The position numbers and the translations under genes are program-made. Under the pieces are notes generated by a model. The model was not told where the DNA came from. It searched no databases and saw only the letters and a list, made by a program, of their open reading frames with translations. DNA of 63,791 nt, the filler included, from Kipferlia bialata (Eukaryota): NCBI GenBank assembly GCA_003568945.1. It is 7 parts of 7 records of this genome, joined end to end, with 100 filler letters (N's around TTAATTAATTAA, not from the genome) between each part and the next. Parts side by side here need not be neighbours in the genome. Positions count along the whole stretch, not along the records: positions 47,082 to 58,738 come from BDIP01001206.1; positions 58,839 to 62,489 come from BDIP01001264.1; positions 62,590 to 63,791 come from BDIP01001360.1; 4 more parts are not named here. One strand, written 5' to 3'. Positions 55,235-63,791 of the stretch are shown here, piece by piece. The first letter of the stretch is position 1, and the number at the start of each line of letters is the position of its first letter.

Positions 55235-55679
55235 TTACTGGAACCAAGAGATGAAGACGTCACCGGCAGTGATTCACCGCTGTAGTGCTACTTCGGGGCC
55301 ATCAGCAATACCGCCAAGAGATACCCAATTCCTTCTGATACCATGTTGTTAACTCTACAGTCAGCTGTGATGAGAGATCCTTGGCAGATGGATTGAGTTC
55401 CGGACATGCTACGCAGATTCTGTAGCAATATTGACATTTGCCAATTGCAGCCAGTGGAACGACGTGGGAGGTTGTGGGCTGTGGGATTTAGTCGCTAATG
55501 GCCTGTACCCTAGAGGTAACCCCGTCTATATACAACGATATCATTCACAATAGACTTCTAACAGAACGTCATGTTATCCCGTTGAGTAATAATGAAACAC
55601 CACTCCAATTCGGGATCGAAGTGTGTTCAGTATAAGTATCAGTACTAACACTACATGGACTCCATCCATAGCCCTCTTA

Positions 55680-56823
55680 TCAATACTCCTCATCTGTGTC
55701 CTCCCAGTCGCTCTCACTCTCTTCCACCCATACATCTGCTGGTGGCGTTATGTCCCACACATCATCGAGGTTGACAGTACTGGGCGACAACAGAGCTATG
55801 TTCAGTGTTCTCACAATCAACTCACCCTCCCCCAACATCAGAAACTCTGAGGGCGACACGTATGCCAGCATCTCTCCAGTGCAGAAGCACCCATCAATAT
55901 CCTTACTAAGGATAATCCTTAGGCGATCTCTCTTCATCATAGAAGGGATCACTGCGGAACTCGCCAGACACTGTATCATACAGAAACATCCACCCTCTAC
56001 TATCCGTATCGCAGTCACGAAGGATGAGTAAGCGATCTGTGGCAAGTACCATCTCAGTATCAAACGGCATGCTAACTGGGGTGCCCCACCCTGAGCTCTT
56101 GGTGAACTCACACACACTCCGACGTATATCCATTGAGGTTACGGAGCCAAGGGCAAACACGTTGCGAATTGGAACCGATATCATAATGCGACGTATTTGT
56201 AGGTGATCATCCGACCAAACAAACTTCTTTTGGGTTCCGTAACGAAGTATAGCAGACAGCGGCTGGTTTGAGGACGATCCAAAATCCTCCCACGTAGCTG
56301 TAGTGCGACTGTGGACTAGGTGTTGCAACCTAGTCAGCGGCTCACACCCATTCCAAGCAAAACAACACACCTGGTCCTCACATACAAATGGACGGCTAAC
56401 ACTGACCAGGTCTACGTCAATATCCAACCACTCCCCAGTGTCAACTGAGACAATGCCCATGTGGTCTTCAGAACAGACATAGACATACCCACCTGTACAG
56501 AGCAGAGTGGACAAGTCTTTCCTCTGACATAGAGGGAATTCCCCCGGCACAACACCAAGATTCTCTTGCGTGATTGAGCCATCGGTGTGTATATGGATGT
56601 CATAGCAGAATACATCACGCCGAGTCTCTCTGGCAATGACCAAGGGGAAGTTCCATTGCGATGTTGGACTGTCACTGTCATAAGTCAAGACCTGTTGCAT
56701 GTCACCAGCTACGAGCATGAAGACGTGCCTTGGGGTGGTAGCTACCATACTAAGCACCTTGGGTGTATTGGCATACTTGTATACAACGTCATGTGACACT
56801 AGGGGCTCAGGTTGGTTGGGCAT
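55680..56823 (-). CDS. Kelch-like gene, 305-aa ORF (possibly frameshifted or spliced at the 3' end)
   Basis: IVSVDTGEWLD, EFTKSSGWG, FLYDTVSGEF. Confidence 0.6.
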
Positions 56824-57503
56824 GGGATGGAGAGAGTGGGCACAGGTGGGTAGTTGAACGGTGTAGACTGGGTGACTTAGACCGACTGATGGTTTGGCTG
56901 TTATGTGGTATATCGGCGACTGGTGCTCTTCTCCTGACCATCGACCTTGGTAGAAGTGGAGTATGATGACCTCCTGGATAGCGGATACCAGTTCGGGTAG
57001 GTTTCTCGTGGTACTGTAGAGTGAGACTACAGTGATAATAGCAGACCGTAGTTTGGTAGCCTCAGTGCGAGGAGGACATCATGTCCTCTACGCTACTGTA
57101 GAGTATCAGTATCAGTATCTTTATACTGCAGTACAGTAAGAAATCTCATTCACCCATAGATTGTGACATATAGTCCGGGTCAGACTGTCAGACTTTGGAA
57201 ATGCAGAAGCTACATTCCATACTACTCCGCAAGGGTTTAGCTGAATCTCAATTAGATTTGTGTCCTCCAATAGGTGATAGTGACTATAGTGACTATGTAT
57301 ATGTATTCTATCATATCATCAGGAAACTCCTCTCTGCACTATCATACTACACATAGTGCAGCACTATGTGCCCTAGTCTTGTACAGAAAGAGCAGTGCTC
57401 ACTATACGACCGTACTCGACTTACTGGCATTTCTCTTAGACGTGCATGTGTCTCTCTTCAAACAGGGTGTGAGGGGGGAGTAGTATCACCAGTCACCCCA
57501 TCC

Positions 57504-58376
57504 TCAGAACACCCTGTCGATACTAGGTGTGTACCTATACACCCAGAAGACCACACCAGCAGCAAGAGCAATCCCACAAGCTGTGTTGGTGAGTACTCTC
57601 TGCCAGCGTTGTCTGCGGGGGCGGGGGTACCCCATGGGAGGGTGTCTGAAGAGAGAGACCACTGCAGTGATGTTGTCGAAAGAATTGTGCTCGTACGCAT
57701 ACTTGGACAAGCACTGGGCGGCGTTGTGGGCACTAGACTCTACATCAGTCCCTTTGGTGGCAGCCAGAGAGCCTTGGACCTGCTCTACGGCCAGTGAAGG
57801 TGAGATGGAGTCAATCCAGAGGCCATCACTGGCTATTATGAGACCCTGGTGCTCCTGGGGTCAAAGAAGTATTGCACATATGTCATAATATACCATACAA
57901 AGCTAAATAGTGAACTGGATACTGGTATTTTAGGCTTACTTGGGTCTCATAGACTTTTAGGGAGGAATAGAGGGTAGAAGTCCAATGTCCAATATTCAAA
58001 ATGTATATGTGGCGTGTAGTATTAGCAGTTTGAATCTGGGGGGAGGAGTGAGGATGTGTGCTGTCATATATACACACACAAGTGCATACATATGGCGACA
58101 CCTCTGTGATTGCGTGCATCTGAATATGCCATTCTATATATATATATATACTATATATACTATACATATATACATATGTATATATATATGTGGTGGTACC
58201 TCTGTGATGGTGTGTATCTGTAGCTCAGGCACACTGCTGAAGATGGGCACTGCGTACTTGTTTCCAAAGCCGCGAGTGACGTTCAGAGTGGTAGCCTCCC
58301 AAAGGGACCCTCCAGTGTGGAAGTACCTCTCACTCACATGACCCCCCTGTGCTACAACTCTCCGCCTCTCACTAGC
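57504..58376 (-). CDS. PP2C/PPM-family phosphatase C-terminal part with a C-terminal transmembrane helix, 5'-partial
   Basis: SERRRVVAQGGHV..LNVTRGFGN..SSVPE/EHQGLIIASDGLW..NSFDNITAVV, then ACGIALAAGVVFWVY. Confidence 0.85.
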
Positions 58377-58738
58377 CTAGTGTCAGTCAATCATCTGTGG
58401 TATGCTGCCACTGATACATAGCATACAGGTACAGTGTGTCAATTATAGGGAATATGATATATCGGGTATATGTGTATCCATTTAATGTGGGTGTATTTCC
58501 AACACTAGTGCAGCGTGACCCTTCGGGTCACCAGTGTGGTATATATCTGAGTATATATTCTACTAACTGGTATCAATAGGCATATGATTCACACGTATAC
58601 TATGTATTCTCCCGCTGATCAAGTGATATTTGTGGTACAATGCCAATACTGTTCCTAGAGTCTTGGCCTAGACGTGGCATATATAATAAGAATACTATAT
58701 GTATATCATAGCAATGCTATACCATGATTACCTGTATA

Positions 58739-58838
58739 NNNNNNNNNNNNNNNNNNNNNNNNNNNNNNNNNNNNNNNNNNNNTTAATTAATTAANNNNNN
58801 NNNNNNNNNNNNNNNNNNNNNNNNNNNNNNNNNNNNNN
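58739..58838. other. Artificial contig linker
   Basis: 44 N + TTAATTAATTAA + 44 N. Confidence 0.97.
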
Positions 58839-58939
58839 TGTCCATCAGTTCATCATGACATCCTACGACCCCCCCCCCCCCCCTTCCCCTTCTTACACAC
58901 ACACATACTCTCTTCCATTATACTCCCCTCTTATACCAG

Positions 58940-59447
58940 GATGCGCCAGTTCGATCTGGCCAAGGGAGGCAACACCCCCAAGCACGTCCACGCATGGGAG
59001 CATGAGGTATACATATATACTCAGTATGTGAACAAATATAACACTGAGTCGATGACATCTATGTTGACTCTGTTAGATCATTGTGCTGAGTTAGGAGGAG
59101 TGAGCTGTTGTTTAGTGACATATCAGGTTCCATGTACATATCTGGACATACACTCACATTTTGTGTCTCTTGTCCCCCTCCTGACCCCAGGTGTATGTCC
59201 TTGCTGGCCAGGGTGAGCTCTACACCCCCTCTGGATACAAGCCAGTGTCTGCCGGTGACTGCATCCTCGTGCCATGCAACGAGGAGCACCAGGTGCAGCA
59301 TTCTATAGACCCTCCACTCTGTCTCCTCTGCCTGCTGTCAGACTCTATATGTATATATGTATATATACACAGTCTCACCCTTAGTTCCGTAACACTGGAG
59401 AGAACGTGTTCAAGTTCCTGTGCCTGGTGCCTAACAGCGCTAACTAA
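58940..59447 (+). CDS. Cupin_2 barrel protein (TM1459-like), 3 exons visible, 5'-partial
   Basis: MRQFDLAKGGNTPKHVHAWEHE/VYVLAGQGELYTPSGYKPVSAGDCILVPCNEEHQ/FRNTGENVFKFLCLVPNSAN*; HxH...H metal motif. Confidence 0.9.
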
Positions 59448-59449
59448 AT

Positions 59450-59504
<55 letters not shown>

Positions 59505-59979
59505 TATAGATATAGGTGCAAACGCCATACGTGTTTGTGTATATAATATCCATATCGCTCTCTAGCGACCATAGCATCCACCCTCTCTATACATAGTGGT
59601 CTTGTGTGGTCTACACGCATGTTGTGTTATGTTACACTGAAACCGACCTCAGCTTGGACTTGGCGGTTCACAAACGACTTTGAGTGTCAAATATATTATG
59701 CCCCCTATCTGCACTCTGGCACTATATATATGCCCCAGAACGACGAAAAGAATGCACGTAGTCCCCCAGAGACACTGCGTGTGTGGTGAGAGTGTATATA
59801 GAGGCTGTTCTGGGTCATTGAAATAGAAAAAGAGGCTTTAGATAATCAACCAAAAGGGGTTTGCGCGGCATATCGGTGCTCCTTCTCTTTCCTCACTCGT
59901 CCAGGGCTGCATCTTCTGTAAACACCTTCCAAGCCTCCAGTCTGGCCGCAAGCGTCACGTACGTACGCGGTCACCCCAG

Positions 59980-62412
59980 CGCTCCGATGCATAGCAGTTT
60001 CGTGCAGTACCGCACCCCGGGGCGGCATGGCGAAGTGCCGCAAGTGGCAGAGGGGGAGAGAGGGAGGGACCACGTTGACTGGGGGGAGGCAGAGACTGAG
60101 AACACAGCTCCAGCGGTCACCCCACGAGCCCCCTTCGGCGCCAACTCGTCCACGATCAAGTGGGGTGAGCCTATATCGCTGGGACCCGAGACGGTGTTTG
60201 ATGTGCCGCAAAGCCTAGGGCGGCCTCGGGAGGGTGACCCAGATGGCGGGAGCATACTCTCTGACCACAGCGCCTCAGTTCTGTCCACGCACTCTGCCTC
60301 GCAGCACATGCCGGGTGCCGAGTACAGTGGTCTTGGCATGTCTGCCCTGAGTATGTCCGGCATATACACGTCCCACCTGGAGACCTCCCACCTCGACCCA
60401 GACGACACACACAGCATACTGGCCCCGCACTCCCCCACGCAGGCCGCACACCCCACCCACAGCTCCCAGCTGGACCCGCCACATGCCATGTCATTCTCAC
60501 AGGGAAACGCCCTCTCTCTGTCCCAGGTTAGTACAATATCCTCTCTCTCCTCCCTCTCTTGTGAGCTTGATAGGGTAATTACTCTCTCTGCAAGCGTGTG
60601 ATTGCCCTGGACATCGCTCTCTCATACTTCCTATGCATCCTCTCCCTTTCTCTCTCCCTCTCTTTCCCGCCCACCCCTCCACCGTCAGGTCCGCGGTTCG
60701 AGCCGCTCCCCCCACTCTGGGTCCCTGAGTCTGCGAGTGAGCAGGAGAGGCAAGGACAGGGGGGACAGCAGAAGGTCATCCATGTCCCTCTCGGCCTCTC
60801 TGCGGGAGAGAGAGAGAGCCCGCTCCCCCACCTCCCTCTCTGCCTCTATCCACAGACACAGCAGCAGAGAGAGGGCCAAGGGGGCCAGTAGGCTCATACA
60901 CTCCCCGGCTGAGCAGGTGTGGTATCTCTCTCTCTCTTTCTCTCTCTCTCTCATGCCCAGACTGAGGATGTGTGCCACGTATACTCTCTCTCTCTCTCTC
61001 TCTCTCTCTCATGCCCAGACTGAGGATGTGTGCCACGTGTATGCAGACCTGACAGAGGGGGAGGCAGACACAGTCGCCAGGTACAGCGTCATATATGGAA
61101 TACTGAGTGTATATTCTATGCTCCATAATACATTTCTCCTTCCCTCTCCCTTTCACCCCAGTACCCCTAGCCGTCTGCTGCGGCCTGAGGTTCAGGTCCG
61201 GTCCATCCTACAGAGACTGCAGGCCATGAGGGTGGTCGTGCCAAAGACAGATGGGGTGGGTGGATATATATATATATGTATATATATATATATTACTATC
61301 AAGAGAGAGAGAGAGAGAGAGAGACTGCACGCCATGAGGGTGGTGGTGACAAAGACAGACGGGGTGGGTGGGAATCTATACTATGTGTCATTCTTTCACT
61401 ATATATTTAATGTCTCTGTATACAAGACAGCCGGGGTCTCTCCCTCTCCGATTCTCCTTGCATTCTCCACTCCATGTACTCTCAATTGCTATCTGGTTCC
61501 ACCTTTCTCTTTAACCCTCTGGGTCTACTCCCATCCTCACCCCTCCAGATCTGGGAGAACCCCCTCAAGACCATGGTGTCCCCTCTGCACCCCTCTGCCC
61601 TCCATCCCCCACACTACCACAAGAGGTATATACACGAATGAAGTATATATATAGTATATATATATAGTATATATACACTTCTGCACCCCCCACACTACCA
61701 CAAGAGATGGGCATTTGAGTATAAACATATATGTACAAGTATTAGTATACACTCTTCCCTACACCACAACAATATGCATATAGTAATTTATCGTCACTCT
61801 ATTCTCTCTCTCCCCCCCCCCTCTGACCCAGCAACCTGCACTTCCTGTCTGACCCCATCGATGTCAAGACCATACCCTGGGGGGCAGTCGCCACAGGTAC
61901 ATACCTCTCGCACATACACGCACACACACTCTCTCTCTCTTGCCCTCACCCCCAGCCTCCACCCGCAATGGAGAGTATGTGTACAGTCTGAGGGGTGAGG
62001 TCTGTCACGGTACGTGCCAAGAGGCAGTGTATACATACACTGTCTCATTCAAGTATCCCTCTCCCTCTCTCTCCCCCCCCCCCCTCTCTCTCGCCTTCTA
62101 ACATCAGTCAGCCCTAGACATGTCCTGCCCCCTCTCTCTCTATCTATCTTGATATATATATATGTAGATGTATATGTATCTCACCCTCAGTCAGCCCCAG
62201 ACATGTCCAGCCGTCCCACCTGGCAGTGGCAGATGGCCTGTTGGTGCCAGTCCTCTCAGACGAAGAGTGAGTGTAGTACCGTCCATCTATGTCTATAGGT
62301 ATTGCACCCATTGTACTCTCCCTCACCCCCCAGGTGTGATGAGGATGAGGTTGTGGACATAGAGGAGACACCCCGGGAGAGGCAGAGCAGGATGTGGAAC
62401 ACAGCCATATCA
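59980..62412 (+). CDS. Hypothetical multi-exon protein with Ser/His/Arg-rich N-terminal region, 3'-partial
   Basis: Large exon within ORF 59861-60601 followed by many small GT-AG exons (TEDVCHVYADLTEGEADTVAR; IWENPLKTMVSPLHP...). No family recognised. Confidence 0.5.
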
Positions 62413-62434
62413 GGTGGGTACATATATGTATATA

Positions 62435-62489
<55 letters not shown>

Positions 62490-62589
62490 NNNNNNNNNNN
62501 NNNNNNNNNNNNNNNNNNNNNNNNNNNNNNNNNTTAATTAATTAANNNNNNNNNNNNNNNNNNNNNNNNNNNNNNNNNNNNNNNNNNNN
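62490..62589. other. Artificial contig linker
   Basis: 44 N + TTAATTAATTAA + 44 N. Confidence 0.97.
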
Positions 62590-62719
62590 GTATGCCTGTA
62601 TATACACTTCTTCTAGCCCACTACTCCCCCCCCCCCACCCCTGACCCCCTAGGACTCCGGTGAGATCACTGACGAGAACAGCAGCCCCCCCCCCCCTCTC
62701 TCTCTCTCTCTTACTCTAG

Positions 62720-63729
62720 GACTTCGGTGAGATCACTGAGGAGAAGGGTATCTCCTTCTTCGCTGGCAAGATGGACGGAATCCTCGGACTCGCCTTCCCC
62801 CGCATCTCCCTCGACAACTCCCTCACCGTCATGCAGGTATTAGCTTAGTATACTCAATGCTCATGTTATTTGCCTCATATATTATAAACCTTTAGTTCTC
62901 TCTCTCTCTCCTCTGACCCCTAGAACGCCTGGAACCAGCAGGCCCTTGACGAGAACATCTTTGCCTTCCTCATGACCCTTGAGGGTGCGTGTTGTGTTGT
63001 ATATATATTTATGGTTGAGTAGTATATATAAGGTACCCTGTATCCCAGTCCCTCCTTCGAGGAGCTTTCAATGTGTTATATTTCTTACCATCTCTCCCTA
63101 CCTCGCTATTTACTTACCCCCAGGCGGCCACATTGACTTTGGCGGCCTCGACCCCACCTACATGGTGACCGAGCCCACCTACTTCCCCGTCACCCTTGCT
63201 GCTTACTGGTGCGTAGAGTAGTGCTCTATATATCACTGCCCTGAGTAGTAGTGTGCCAGTGCCTCTCTCTCTCTCTCTCCTTACCCTCTCTCACTCTCAG
63301 GGAGACCAGGTTTGACGGCATGACCGGACCCTGGGGCACTGTCGGATCCAACGGCCGCGTCATCCTCGACACCGGCACATCCATCATCGTGGGTGGGTGA
63401 ATATTGACTTGGTGTGACTTAGCATGACTGATTGTGACCCCCTCTGACCCCTCAGGACCCACCGACCTCATCCAGACTGTGATTGAGTCCTACCCCGTCG
63501 ACGCCCAGTGCCACTCCCTGGCCTGGCTCGAGCCCGTCACCTTCGGCATCTACGGCCAGGACTTCACCCTGTCCGCTGACCAGGTACACAGATACATACT
63601 GCATACTCACACTCACTGTAGACATATGCCTGTTTGGCAACACCCGTCTCACCCCCCAGCTTGTTGTGCAGGAGCAGATCACCCCCACCCAGACCCAGTG
63701 CATGGCACCCTTCGAGGGCATGGACCTCG
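62720..63729 (+). CDS. Pepsin-family (A1, cathepsin D/E-like) aspartic protease, internal part
   Basis: DFGEITEEKGISFFAGKMDGILGLAFPRIS; GGHIDFGGLDP; AYW; VILDTGTSIIV/GP (second catalytic DTG motif). Confidence 0.93.
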
Positions 63730-63735
63730 GTACGG

Positions 63736-63791
<56 letters not shown>

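Noticed and set aside
11721..62545. TTAATTAATTAA recurring about every 11.7 kb
   Set aside because: Always centred in 44N flanks; it is an artificial six-frame-stop linker, not biology.
62653..62746. Echo before the aspartic protease exon as support for synonymous bias
   Set aside because: Its three differences (TCC/TTC, GAC/GAG, AAC/AAG) are all non-synonymous; it is an echo but a counterexample to the bias.
1..63791. Functional gene cluster spanning the window; rRNA, tRNA or transposase genes
   Set aside because: The window is a concatenation of unrelated scaffolds, and no RNA-gene, transposase or reverse-transcriptase motifs were recognised by eye.

Overview
Intron-rich eukaryotic (protist) DNA, not prokaryotic. 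The window is seven separate scaffold pieces joined by six artificial 100-nt linkers (44N-TTAATTAATTAA-44N), so synteny across linkers is meaningless. Tiny exons, (TA)n/(CT)n-filled GT-AG introns, a branch point fused to the acceptor (CTNACCCCAG-like) and many degenerate kelch-like genes suggest a free-living fornicate/metamonad such as Kipferlia bialata (inference). Manual exon stitching gives: a SAE1/Aos1-like E1 subunit, a SLAC1/TehA anion channel, an HSPA12-like fragment, a secreted BPI/LBP protein with an inserted PA14-like domain, a fimbrin C-terminus, a GT21 ceramide glucosyltransferase, a PQ-loop transporter, a ZNFX1-like helicase, a bacterial-type Fe-S L-serine dehydratase, a cAMP-receptor-like GPCR, a Ser/Thr kinase, a tandem MIB/HERC2 protein, a PP2C, a TM1459-like cupin, a pepsin-family protease and six kelch-like genes. 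The most unusual signal is that many introns hold 20-70 nt 'echo' copies of the neighbouring exon end, splice site included, and many echoes differ from the exon almost only at synonymous codon positions. Neutral decay of intronic duplicates does not predict this. Exon boundaries were read by eye and are approximate; family calls rest on remembered motifs, not database searches.
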